Positions 28,950-41,522 of a stretch of 64,000 nt of DNA are shown piece by piece; the stretch's first letter is position 1, and each line of letters opens with the position of its first letter. Source of the DNA: the human T2T-CHM13v2.0 reference genome, Homo sapiens. The notes below the pieces were generated by a model. It was not told where the DNA came from. It did not search any database and saw only the letters and a program-made list of their open reading frames with translations. The position numbers and the translations under genes were made by a program. The stretch lies in NCBI RefSeq assembly GCF_009914755.1, contig NC_060926.1. One strand, 5' to 3'.

Positions 28950-31894
28950 CTCCCCCAAATTATACTTATTTTTAAAGTAAATTTTATAATATCGAGCATT
29001 TTTTCAATTCTAACTAGAAATGCTTGAATCTCCTGAGGCTTGAATAATGGCAAGTTTCAACTTTTGCCTGTGTTCTTTGATACAACTGAATGTGGAAAAA
29101 CTACAGTATGTAAATAGAAAGTGGTTTTCTTCACCAGTTCTGTGGGAAAATGAAAATACGATATTTGCTTTTTAAAGAGTATTTTGGACACTCTAAACTC
29201 TATTTAAAATGTTGAGGTATTTCTTGTATTTTATGCTATAAAATTTCAGTAAGACACTTTAATTAACATAATGATTGTATTAAAACCATACTTCTCTTCC
29301 TATAGCTTTTGATCACCTTCTAGTTGTTTTCAGATCATGTCATTCCTGCCTCTTTGTTTCATGTGTGCATTTCAGAACTGTCCAAGAAAAAGAGCAAAAA
29401 CAACAAAGTTCTCTGGTTTCATGAGAGTTTTTACTTTTACAGTTTTTTTTAAAGAAAACAAACCCAAACTACAAACTCACATAAAATATTTTTGGAAGGG
29501 GTGGTCTCTGTAAAAGTTGGGAGAAAAGTGACTGATAAACTAGCAAAGGGAAAGGAAAGGAATCTGAGAAACCAAGCTATTTTTAGGCATATTCTTAGAA
29601 CCGAGAATTGGTCAACTGCTTCATGATCAGGGCTCCTGTACATGAAATACTGACATTGTAATTTCATTTTGAAAAACAAAGGTACAAGTCCTGATTTAGA
29701 AATTTTCCTTATATGTTGGGAAGAAAATAATATATTTTTCATATATTATCATAGTAAATTGAATTTTCATTGTAATATTTTCCTGAAAATTTCAGGGCCT
29801 TTTAATGAAATCTGATTTTCCATATCCTCAACAAGCCCCAAATGTCTATTCCATAAGATTGTGATTCTCATTCCAAATGAAGCTCTGTCTTTGTAGACCA
29901 AGTATGTTGTATGGGTATAGTAATATCTGCCTACCTAGGACCGGCCCTATGCAGAATTAGAAAGTAAATGAAACATGACTTCAGCACTTTTCTATCTGCT
30001 TCCCCAATCCCTTCTCTTCATTTTCTTCAAGTCAGCAGTCATATGCTCATATGCCTAAAATCCCGCATAAATCCCATTACAAAGCTTAATCTCCTTGCCC
30101 TATATCAGGCTACCTACCTAGATAGCATCCTGTTCTTACATTTTTCTCAACTCTACCACTCCATCAAATTTTATCTACCTTTCTCTTTCTGCTGGGCTCC
30201 TACAATAGGACAACCAGAGCTATTTCAATAACAAGTTACAGTTTTATGCTTCTAGATATCATTTCTATTCTGATATAAAACTTCATTGTCTTCAAGTAAA
30301 GAGTGAGTTCTTTGGCAAGTATAGGTATAATAGAGATGGAATTCATGCTTTGAAGGTATTTCTAGAGGTGTGCTTGGTATCAATGAGAAGCAATACAGTG
30401 GAGAGATGCAGCTATAGAAATTGACATGAATAAACAACATTGAAGCAAAATCATCAATGTAAAATTTTATTTCAACAAACGCCCCAGAGATATTTTCTAA
30501 AGATTTGTATGCTATTTGCAAATTTCTCAAGGTGCATTTGAAATTATTATTTGTTTTTTATTTGTCTTACATAATGAAGAAATAAAATTGAAAAATGTAT
30601 TTAATAATATTTTCCATGGGGTGCATTTATCAATACAGAGTCTAAAAGAAATCGTCTTTATTCTAGAATATTTTTGACATGAAGAAATTTTAAAATTCTA
30701 TTAAAGTCTTTGCTTTTTACTGTCATAATGGCATCGAAATACAAATATGACATTGACCTTACCCTTCTTGCTGTAAAAAGAAGATTTGCAAAGTCTGTTG
30801 ATTTTGCTACGTACAGGTCTGGCAAAAAGTATTTTAACTATCATCAATTTTACATATTTAGAATTTTTCCAGTGAAGGTGCTCCCCTTCTCTTGGGTTGT
30901 GGCTGAGCTTTTATTTTACAGCATTATTAAAGAAAGAATAGTAGGATGGTTCAAATTTACTTTACTTTCTTTTGCTTTTTCTTAAGTAGGTATTTCAGTT
31001 TTCAGAAGTTCATAGTGTAATTGATTTCACTGTACTTCCCCCCATAAGATTACTGAAACATGATTATCTGATTATATATTCAGTTATGATTTGAAAATTA
31101 CAAAGAACTACCATGTCTATTTAACATTGACTTTTAAAGTCTGTCAAGTCATTTCAGGTGCTGGTGTAAAGAGAATCTTTGCGGACAATACTTTTGTAGC
31201 TATAATGATATAAAATATGCAGGTATAGAAAATGAACAGTCACTTATTTACAACATTAATAGTTAATGAGAAACTTGCTAAGAAGAAAGCAGATAAGGTT
31301 GATGATTGCTGCTATTTGCGAATTCTTAGAAACGTTATAGGACGGGAAGGAGGTTTAAGTGAAATCTGATTACGCAGAAGTCATGTTGGTTTTTCCATGT
31401 GAACATTGAGTGTACCTTCTGATGTATTTTGAACAAAGTGATTTTTCCCATCACATGGTTCCTAAATTCCATATGCATCTAGGTCACAAGGCTTCCAAAG
31501 ATTTCTAAGTTATGTTGGGGATGAGAGAGAAGGATCAAACAAAAGTTAGCTAAGCTGCTGATCTTTACCATTTTATTGTAACAAATATAGTTTCTCCTAG
31601 AAGAAAGATCTGTGTTTACAGAGGTAACTAGTAAAGACTATTCTTGGTATATAGAGAACTTAATTTCAAAAGTTTATTCCAATGACATCCTTTTAGAATG
31701 TAGAATTTTTTTCCATCATATCCTGTCTCAGGCCAGCATTGGCATTCCTATGTTTTGCAGCTATAGAAGCATTGATTTCTCCATAAGAAACCCTAGCCTT
31801 GCTCCTTGTGCCTAAGACCTGTGAGGTATCCATGTACAGATGAGACTTTAAAAGCATGGACAGACCTCTATGTGCATGAGTCCTAACATGTGCA

Positions 31895-31926
31895 TACACA
31901 CACACACACGCACACACACACACACA
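31895..31926. repeat. (CA)n microsatellite
   Basis: Direct. Confidence 0.95.
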
Positions 31927-33622
31927 AAATTGCTTTTCCACAAACCCACTATATTTTATATTTTGTTTATCTCACAGTTACTCTTTCTAGGGGTGGATTT
32001 ATTCAAGGTCTCTTTGTTTTATTGATATTTTATTTTCCCACTAATATTTAAAATGTATCATGCTACATTCCTTTAGCAATGTGATGTATTTTAAGACTTA
32101 ATGAAGAGAATATAATCCAATTTCCCCACATCTACAAAGAGTAGTACAATTGTAACAGTTTTGACGAGATGCAAAACAGAACATTTCAAAGTTCCAAAAG
32201 TACTGTCAATTCCCTCAGTGCCTTAATGATTGGATTCAATTTATTGGTGTTAAAACTATTGAAAATTTCAGGGGAGCAAACCTCTCTAGGAATTTCTCTT
32301 TCTCAAGTTAAGATTGATAAAATATTACAACCTTAGTTAATTAGTAAATATGTAATATAGGGGCTACAAACAACATAAACATGCAATACATTACTCCATT
32401 GGACACCCCCAAAACCACCACCAGCAGAACACTTTAACTAGAACATGATAAATATAAAGCTAAATTGTAACGATACTGGCTTACCATATTTCTTCTGCTT
32501 AAATGTGTTTTCTGTTTCCTACTTTCAGCTGGGAACTTAAAATTAGAAGCAAAATTTTCCAGTAGGTACTATCTCTGATCTGTGCTTTTCTAATTACCTT
32601 TGACTCCATAATGTAGTGTTTTTAACCTGTGGTGTCCTTTCACTGATAATAGTATTAATTTACTACATTTTCCTCCTTGACCAAATTTAAATGCTAGGCC
32701 AGTTCTATTAAACTCTAAAGACTTCATTTGAGTACATTAAGGTATAATCTAAACAAGATTGTGGGTTTGAGCATGTACGTGGAGGTAGAGGAAAAAAAAG
32801 AGCAAGAGAGGGAGAATTCTCCTATGATTATACACTGTACTCACAATCCTAGTCTACCAATTTGTAAATCCGTTTCAGAAGAGGACCATATGAGTGACTG
32901 TGGCGGGATCAGTCAAAATTTGTGGCCACTACTAGTAAATCTTGAAGAAGAAAAATAAAACATGTCCTTGAACAAGAGTGCCCCCCTTTAAACACAACTT
33001 AAATGTAGGAATACCATATCTTACTCATCTTTCTATCCCCCACTAGTGACTAAGAATAGCTCCATTGTCTATAGCAGGTGCAAAATAAATTCTCTTAAAT
33101 TTAAGTACCCATCAGAGCTGAATTTTGTGCCATCATAATTCTTTTATCTTAAATGCATTTGTCTTCGTTAACTAACTTCGCCTCAAATGCATTTTTCCCC
33201 ATAAACCAAATTGATCCTTGTTTTAATCGCTAAATCTTTAGAAGAAATATCTGGAAAAAAAAAGCTGGTGGGGAAAGATCTGTAGCTGCAATGTTGGCCA
33301 GTGTGACCCCTGAGATTAACAGAGGTCTGTCTAGGGTGAGACATGCCAATGCTGGCCTCTAAATAATGCAAAGGTGCCAGGGAAACAAACAAATAAAAAC
33401 CCAACAATTTGCTCTTTTAATTTCCTTCATCATCAGTTGATTACAGGAAATAGTTTCAGAGGAACCATTTACTCTCCAAATTGAGCAAGGAGTAGAAGCA
33501 AATAACTTTTCTTCTTTCCCTATTTTTATGAATTCATCTAGGGTCTTTGTTTAGCAGAGTGCTTCAAACTACACAGTGCTTTCCTTGTTGATTAGTTTCC
33601 ATCAGCAGCAGCAATTAGCATC

Positions 33623-33638
33623 GGTTTCCTAGGAAACC
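33623..33638. promoter_or_regulatory. Perfect 16-bp palindrome GGTTTCCTAGGAAACC, RFX X-box-like (also TTC-N4-GAA)
   Basis: Self-complementary by inspection; fits GTTnCC-NN-GGnAAC. Confidence 0.55.
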
Positions 33639-33718
33639 ATTCTGTACCCTACTGAGAAAAACCTTTTCTTGACAGGAGCATTCTGTCTAAAATTGTTTTG
33701 TTTTCCTTCTTCCACAAG

Positions 33719-33724
33719 CGTACG
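33719..33724 (+). CDS. MAP2: Candidate 6-nt MAP2 microexon CGTACG (adds Ala-Tyr), or 3' end of an alternative first exon
   Basis: ctaaa branch-like site, ttgttttgttttccttcttccacaag|CGTACG|gtaagc. Confidence 0.45.
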
Positions 33725-34549
33725 GTAAGCTTATTTGTCGTTTTCTTTGAACACAACATTATTATACCAAAGATTCTTAAAACATTTACAGGCTTTTATA
33801 TTCCATATGGTTGAATTTACAGGCACTGTCTCTTACTTTTCTCTAACAACCTGAAAGAAATCAACAAAAATATGTTCTCAAGCATATGCCAAGGTGCTTG
33901 GATTTTTTTTATTCACAGTCTAATTGGTGAACCTTTGCACGTTCAAGTAATCATAGCTGGTCCTGCTGAAAAACCACAGGGTACGAATTCAAAATCAAAC
34001 TTATGGGTCCACCAACAATGTTACATATCACTCAGAATCACTCAGAAACAAGTTGAAACTTCCAGGATCATTGAAAAAGTTTCATCTCCATTGGTTATTT
34101 TTAATCAACCAAGCAATATTGATAGATAAATGTAACACAATAACTTTAAAATGCGCTAAAAGCAAAGCCTGAGGTTGTCTTAAAATTTTTGTTGTGACAA
34201 GTAGTGTGATCAGAAGAGCATGGCAATGGTGCAGCATGAATCAGCATTAGGGAAAAAACCAGAGGGTCATGATGGCTATAAATGCTGAGTAGTATGATAT
34301 GACAGTAGGGCAAAATTTACCTTATGTTCCTTTTAGTTTAAATAATAAGTGGCAGGAGCCTGATGTATTGTCTGTTAGGGTCCCAGCAGTGACCCAACAT
34401 TTCAGCAAGGAGGTACTCATTGGGAAAAATGACAGAATAATCTCAGTGTCTGACAAAAACTTTCAGATCTTACCTACATTTTGTCAATCAAATTATGTTC
34501 ATAGATTTCATGATAAGAGAACATCAAGAGTGATTAAAACAGTGGTACC

Positions 34550-34740
34550 TAATTTAAATAAGCACTTGATTTATATTATTTTATTTAATTGTCACAACAC
34601 ACCAAAAGATGAATACTACTCTTATTCCCACTTTACAGATGTGGAATCTGAAGGTTAGAGAGATTGTTACTTAACAAGGTCTTTTGGCTAGTAAGAGATG
34701 GAGATGGAATTTGATCCCAGGTTTTCTGACACTAGAACCT
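34550..34740 (-). mobile_element. MIR
   Basis: tttacagatgtggaatctgaaggttagagag...gaatttgatcccagg. Confidence 0.8.
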
Positions 34741-36467
34741 ACTTTTATATAAAATACTGATGTAAATCATAACAATGTCTAAATGGGACAAGCATATCTT
34801 TATCCATTATTTTGCTAGTTTTCCCATCTGGACTATCTGTAAATATGTGTATTAAATAACATCAACAAGAAATGAAAGTGCCTACTGTAACAACTTGTTA
34901 TACAAGGTTGCTTAATAACGTTGTATAACAGTGTGATGTTTATTCATTAGTTAGGTGAGATGTAAGTAGCCTAGCATGATACCGTTTGGGTTTCTTCAAG
35001 TAGTTTTTGGTGGATGACAGCATTTCTCAATTAGTTTCTCATACATATTAATCTCCTGTATGTGTTTCCACCAATATATTTCCTTAATACCAAGAAAAGA
35101 TATTATTTGTTTCCAGAGGACTGCTTTGATTCTCTTTTCTAAATACTGACCCCATCTTTGTTTCCCAGGAAAAGTTTTCAAGACAGATTTCACTTTTTAT
35201 CTTCAGATGTTTACCTGGATAGTGGTGATCTGCTATCATCTATTGCTCTGTTGCCTAGATTAAATATTTAAATCCTTTATTCTTATCAGCCTTTAACCAA
35301 TAACATTTTTAGAAATTATGAGATGAATTTTATTTAGAAAGGTTCCTTTTTAATGTTTTCCCTCTAATTGATTTGTGAGCAGATCCAAGTTGTCACTCAT
35401 GCATAGCCATGACGTGACTTTACAGGCATGTTATAATATTTTTTATTACTTACAGAAATTGTCTCATTATCATATTGACACTACCGATAAAATAATAACA
35501 AATTAACATTCAAATACCAATGTAAGGGTCTTACTGCAATGCAAAAACTACGGTTAATTACATCAAAACCCTGACATTCATTCACAAAAGACAGAATGGA
35601 ACATTCACAAGAGAAAGAATAGAAAAACATATTGTATACACTTATTAACTAAGATAATTTCTAACATAAACTAAAAAATGTCCAGTGCCAGAACATTTTA
35701 TAAGTTCAAAAGAAAGATAATTGAGCCTTTCAAAATATCAGATTACAATAAGCAGTTTTATGTTTGTTTAATATTTTCAGCTATGAAGATCAGTGTTACC
35801 TTTCAATTACATATAATGAATAATAATTCCCCAATTTATGTGTAATCTAGATTCATCTTTAATCTTCTAACAACTAAGTCCTGGTTGTTATAACTTTACA
35901 CCTATGTTTGGAAGAAAAAGCAAGAAAAAGAGAATAGAAAGTATAAAAAGGAATAGAAGGTAGGAAAAGTAAGCAATGAAAAATTAAAATGTAGTCTAAT
36001 CTCTGACTTCAAAAAGAATTTTTCATGTCACCAATTGTCTTCAGAATTAGACAGGATTATCATACCTTTTAGAGCCCTGTCTAGAATAGACAGTCCTGAA
36101 TTGGGACTTGCTGGATGGAATCTTGAGCAGATGGTAGCCCAGGACCTATGCATCCAGGAAACTGGGTGTGAAGCCAGAAAATAAATAACAAAGACAATAT
36201 TTACTTCTCTCATATCTTTGCCTTGGAAAAAAAAATACTTCCCTTGTCCATTAACATAGCCATCAACATCAGTGATATTGGATTAACTATATTTTCAGAT
36301 GGTTATAATAACAATAGCCTAGTTGGGCTGACCTTTAGTGCATATCACTATTGCTCTTTCTTTAAAGTAGAAATATTAAAGTAGAAGACTCAGAAAAATA
36401 CATGACTAGGGGAAAATAAAGATGTGCTGGTGAAGGACTATATAGAAGTTTTTATTTTATTTGTATT

Positions 36468-36512
36468 CCAGGCCTGTTATATAATTATTTGCCAGGCCTG
36501 TTATATAATTAT
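36468..36512. repeat. 24-bp-period tandem duplication at the edge of a MIR (about 36500-36660, - strand)
   Basis: ccaggcctgttatataattat at 36468 and 36492. Confidence 0.85.
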
Positions 36513-36740
36513 GTAATTGAGTCCCCACAACAACCTCTGAGACAGATACTAAAATTATTTCCATTTTATGGATAAGGCATCGAAGCAAAATGAGACTGAA
36601 TACATTTCATAGTATGAAATAACTAGAAAGTAGCAATGCTGGAATTTGTACCCACATTTTCCTGAATTAAAGTCTGTGAGATTCCCTCTGATGTGTGCTG
36701 TAAAAAAACAGCAATCAGTAATCCCCTAAATATATAGATA

Positions 36741-36780
36741 GATGGATGGATGGATGGATGGATGGATGGATGGATGGATG
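36741..36780. repeat. (GATG)10 microsatellite
   Basis: Direct. Confidence 0.95.
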
Positions 36781-38212
36781 AGGTATTTAATAGACAAATG
36801 TAGAATCAGTGAAGAAATTACATATATAATCACACACATCATAATCATTACATTTATATTTTTATAGGTCTGATTTTTTGACTGTCTTTCCTTGTCTTCT
36901 AAGTTTGTTTGGAACATTTACCATTAATCTGCCCTGAACTTTACACACACTCTGACTGAATTTGCTCCTGTCCCAGAAGCCATGCTATAAGGATGAAGCT
37001 CACCCAGTAGATCTGCTGATGAGGCTTCCAATGAGAGAAGCCCATCTCTTCCTTCCTTAAGAATGCTTCTGTCTCTGCTGATGACAGCCCTTACTTAGAG
37101 GAAGATTTTAAATTAATTGGACCAGTTGAAATTCCCAGAACAATCTTAGGCTCCTGTTTCCCTAAATTCACTGTGAACTCTATATTATAAAATGTGACAT
37201 GCCCTATTTGAAAAAGTTTAACAATATTATTCTCTAAAAAGTCTTAAAGATAATATGTCAATTAAGCCAATAACTTTGACTATGCTAAAATAATGTTTCT
37301 CAAATCCTCTTAAATTACTTCAAAGAAGAAAAAATTTACCAATTCTCCCTTGGATTATTTTTTTTAACAACTTTTGGTTAAACATATACAAAAATAAAAT
37401 TAACTTGTTCATGAGTTCTAATTCCATTATGGGACATAAACACACTTATAAATTCATTTTCTCTGAAACAACAAAACCAGTAAAATTCAAACTCTCTGCT
37501 GCTTCCCATCTACAATAAATGATACTGCTTTGCTGAAACTAAATTATCACTCACGATTAGTACTGGCTGATACAGTGCCTTTGTTTAAGTTGGACATTTC
37601 TATACTGAACTGGAGACAGGTAATACTTCTATTCTCCTTTTTTCTCTGTTTCAATGATTTTCAAAGTCTATTTATACAGTGTACCACAATGTTATTTGGG
37701 CTACACTTGTATGAATACATCCTTTATGTATTAAATCCACCTCTCCTTTTTTATTAGCTCTCAACACTTAAATAATTCTCCATGGATATCAAAACTGTAT
37801 CCTAAGATACAATCCCAAAGAAAAATACTGAAATAATGTAGAGTTGCTCAGTTATAATTTGCTCATATAACCAATGGATACTTATTTATTTTGGATTATC
37901 TTCCCAATCTAAAAAAAGAATACATATAAAACACTCTCAGACCCTAAAAATATTTATCAGTAATTAAACAAGAATGCAGGACCCCCATTTAAGAAATACT
38001 GTTTTGATATATATATCAAATACTTAATAATAGAGTAAATAAGATAATTTTAGGTTTTAAGGTTACTAAATGTAGTAACAAGCATGAATTATTTCTGAAT
38101 GTTTGTAAATATTATGAACAAAACCTTTCATATTAATTTTCTATTCTGTCAAAAAAAATTCTGTTAAGCATCCAATCTGAGTAAAGCTCAATAAGAGAAG
38201 CTTCAAGAGTTG

Positions 38213-38660
38213 TGCATTGCAACACTATTCACAATAGCAAAGACATAGAATCAACCTAAATGCCCATCAATGATAGATTGGATAAAGAAAATGTGGTACA
38301 TATACACTGTGGAATACTATGCAGCCATAATAAAGAACAAGATCATGTATTTTGCCAGGGCATGGATGGAACCATTATTCTTAGCAACTAACACAGGAAC
38401 AGAAAACCAAATATTGCATGTTCTCAATTATAAGTGGGAGCTAAATGATGAGAACACATGGACACATCAACATCAAGGGGAACAACACACACTGGGGCCT
38501 ATTGGAAGGTGGAGGATTGGAAGAGGGAGAGGATCAGGAAAAATAACTAATGGGCACTAGGCTTAATACCTGGGTGATAAAATAATCTGTACAACAAGCC
38601 CCCATGACACAAGTTTATCTCTGTAACAAAGCTGCACATGTACCCCTGAACTTAAAAGTT
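38213..38660 (+). mobile_element. L1 3' end (older L1PA)
   Basis: tattcacaatagcaaagacatagaatcaacctaaatgcccatcaatgatagattggataaagaaaatgtgg...tacccctgaacttaaaag; ORF 38270 is the ORF2 C-terminal remnant. Confidence 0.93.
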
Positions 38661-38839
38661 AGAATTGTGACAATGACAGAAGAGAGTCCCTGACTTGGGA
38701 AACCTTATATAGTGTGGGAGATAAGCCATGTGAACCAGCACAATTCCATGTGAGATGTACTAAATGCCATAGGAAGACACTACAGTTTGCATACGTGCTA
38801 ATAGAAAGATGCAGGAATGATCCAGAAGACACAAAGGTC

Positions 38840-38865
38840 ATATATATATATATATATATATATAT
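38840..38865. repeat. (TA)n microsatellite
   Basis: Direct. Confidence 0.95.
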
Positions 38866-39434
38866 CTCCCAATTTCTGCCATGATTGTTCCACCTCTTTA
38901 TTACACTCAATTTTTCCATAAATCACTGGGGTGCTAGAAGAAGCTACCTCACTCTACTGATTTTTAAATATTTTAATTGCATTAAAAATTAATATATGTA
39001 AGCGGCAATTCTCAAAACCTAAAATAATTCTTTTTGTAACATTATTAAACAATTTAGACGTCTAAGCATGATCTTTACAGCTAATTTAATTTTCTGTAGC
39101 CCTTTTTGTATACTCTTTCCCATTTAAAAAAACATCACTTTAGGAGCCCAGCCTTTCAGAGAATGTTCAGAGAAACCCCACCCAGCAGCCTGGCTTTATG
39201 AAAACAAACAGCCTTTCCTTCTCTACTGCCCTCTTCACTGAGTAGCATAGCAGATAATCCTCCTCATAATGCTTTGGTGACTGTTAATGTTATTTATTTA
39301 ACTGCTGTAACTGTGAAAAATTCTATTCCAACACTAAAACAAATATGCTAATAAGATAGTATTATCTCTTAGAAATAAAATAGTCATCTTCTAAAGGTAA
39401 ACTATCACAATATCTAACATGGTCTATGAGATAT

Positions 39435-39479
39435 ATAGGTAGGTAGGCAGGCAGATAGGTAGGTAGATAGATGATAGAT

Positions 39480-39535
<56 letters not shown>

Positions 39536-39540
39536 TAGAT
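39435..39540. repeat. Compound (TAGG)/(TAGA)/(CAGA)n STR
   Basis: Direct. Confidence 0.95.
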
Positions 39541-40280
39541 GTTGCTCAATTGTGGCTCATCACTTGTTGCATAGCTTCCAGCTATAATCAGGAATGGAAT
39601 TACAATGATGTATTTTAGATAGACATATAGCTGAGCAGGTCTGATAGTGAGTATGTTTCCTTCATTCATACCACTAAAAGAGTTGATATATTTCTGTTAG
39701 TCATTCACTCACGACTGTTAGAAAGTTTTGTGATTATGTGTTTGTTATTTCTTCCATTGTTCTGCTTAGGAGAAAGAATATTATAATAGTCAGGAATGCT
39801 AAAAACTAGTTATTTGGTATCTCACAGACCAATCATTTTAATTTTGAGCCCTCCTTTTAAAAAAAATGAAACTAAGATGATTTGATGTCATATGGCTTTA
39901 AAGATCTTTAAAATATCAACTCTCTAGAAAAATACTAGTTCTTTAGAAAGAGACCATCTGACATATCATTGCCATGTATTTCATTAAAACTTCATCTTTC
40001 CAGATTCCTTATAATTTATCTTATTTTCACTGATCCTGGATAATGCTATTTAACCATAAATAGATTTTCAGATTTTAAATAATGGTATTTCTGCAAATCA
40101 AGCACACAAGCTTATATAAATTATATTTTTAGAATAGTATAAGGAAACTATAAAACAAATTTAAGTTAAATTCAAAATGAACCCTCTCTTCTATCCTTGA
40201 ATTTGTTTTACTAGGTATAAAGAAATTAAATTGTTTCTATTTTTGTAAACAGCTTTTACAAAATAAAGTACCAATTACCT

Positions 40281-40399
40281 TCACATTGGAGGTTAGGAGT
40301 TCAACATATGACTTTGGGGGCAGGGGATACAAACACTCATTCTATAACAGAGATGTCATAGACTTCAGAGTTGAAAATAAATTTCTGTTGTTGAAGCCA
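40281..40399. mobile_element. MLT1 (MaLR) LTR fragments
   Basis: Reverse complement tgttatagaatgagtgtttgtatcccc...catatgttgaactcctaacctccaatgtga; then aataaatttctgttgttgaagcca. Confidence 0.6.
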
Positions 40400-40664
40400 A
40401 AAAAATGTTCAAATACTATGTAAGTATTTTTTCTCAGTTCTGTGCTCATTTTGCTTGCTTAGCTTAGCTCCTAGAATACCAACTTCTTTTCTTCTTCTTT
40501 TTTGTATATATGTGTTTATGTTTTCTCTGCAATTAAAAAATTATGTTGTACTTTTTAGGGGGAAGAAAATGAAATTATAATCCACTATACTGTTTGGTTA
40601 CTTTTCCTCTTTGCTTTCTCAGACTTCTCATCGTTATATTTTATTTTGTTACTGTTTATTACAG

Positions 40665-40778
40665 AGGAGGTGTCTGCAAGGATAGTTCAAGTAGTCACTG
40701 CTGAGGCTGTAGCAGTCCTGAAAGGTGAACAAGAGAAAGAAGCTCAACATAAAGACCAGACTGCAGCTCTGCCTTTAG
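40665..40778 (+). CDS. MAP2: MAP2 coding exon, 114 nt; EEVSARIVQVVTAEAVAVLKGEQEKEAQHKDQTAALPL (PKA RII-binding amphipathic helix)
   Basis: ttattacag|AGGAGG ... CCTTTAG|gtaaat; phase 1/1; hand translation continues the MAP2 sequence (not in ORF track). Confidence 0.97.
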
Positions 40779-41415
40779 GTAAATAAGAAGATTCTCAGGT
40801 CAGGGACTGTGTCTGTTGCACCCTGATCACAGGATAAAGTCTTCATGTTCAAAAGATAGGCCATATCTTGTACTTCATCCTTACATGTAACATTCATCAG
40901 ACACCTTGACTGGGTATGCACTAGGACCTATTTTCATCTTTTTCCACTGGTTTGTTGTAGTGTTTGCATAGTCTTTCGTTAGGGTGGTGAGCTTACAGTT
41001 AGACTTTTCCCTAAGTGGCCCTTAATTTTTTCATTTTCCAGACCACTAGAAATAGTTATTATTAAAATAAAGCCAATGCCTTATTTCATGACCTCCACCC
41101 ATAAGGATAATATACTAAAACTTTCATAAGAGATGATTATTTCCCTTTACAGGTTTTGGTGAATGATTATACTGTAGCCTTGTTTGGGTCTTCCTGAAAT
41201 GACTACACAAAACCTATAGCCAGAGCTTTGTTATAATCGTGAGTGACTTTGTATCTTATATGAAGTACTGAACTTCACTTGGTTCATCTAAGGGCGCTGA
41301 GAGAGTGCTGCTCTCTCCCTTAGTAACAAGACAAATGCCCTCCATGCCAAGCAAGTCATTTAACGCATGCTTGCCAAAGGAAACACTCTCAGCCAAAGCC
41401 TTGCTGCCCCTACTC

Positions 41416-41455
<40 letters not shown>

Positions 41456-41522
41456 GCAGATAGATAGATAGAGAGATGGATGTATATAGGCAGATAGATA
41501 GATAGAGAGATGGATGTATATA
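41416..41522. repeat. (GATA)n STR plus a duplicated compound unit
   Basis: Direct. Confidence 0.95.
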
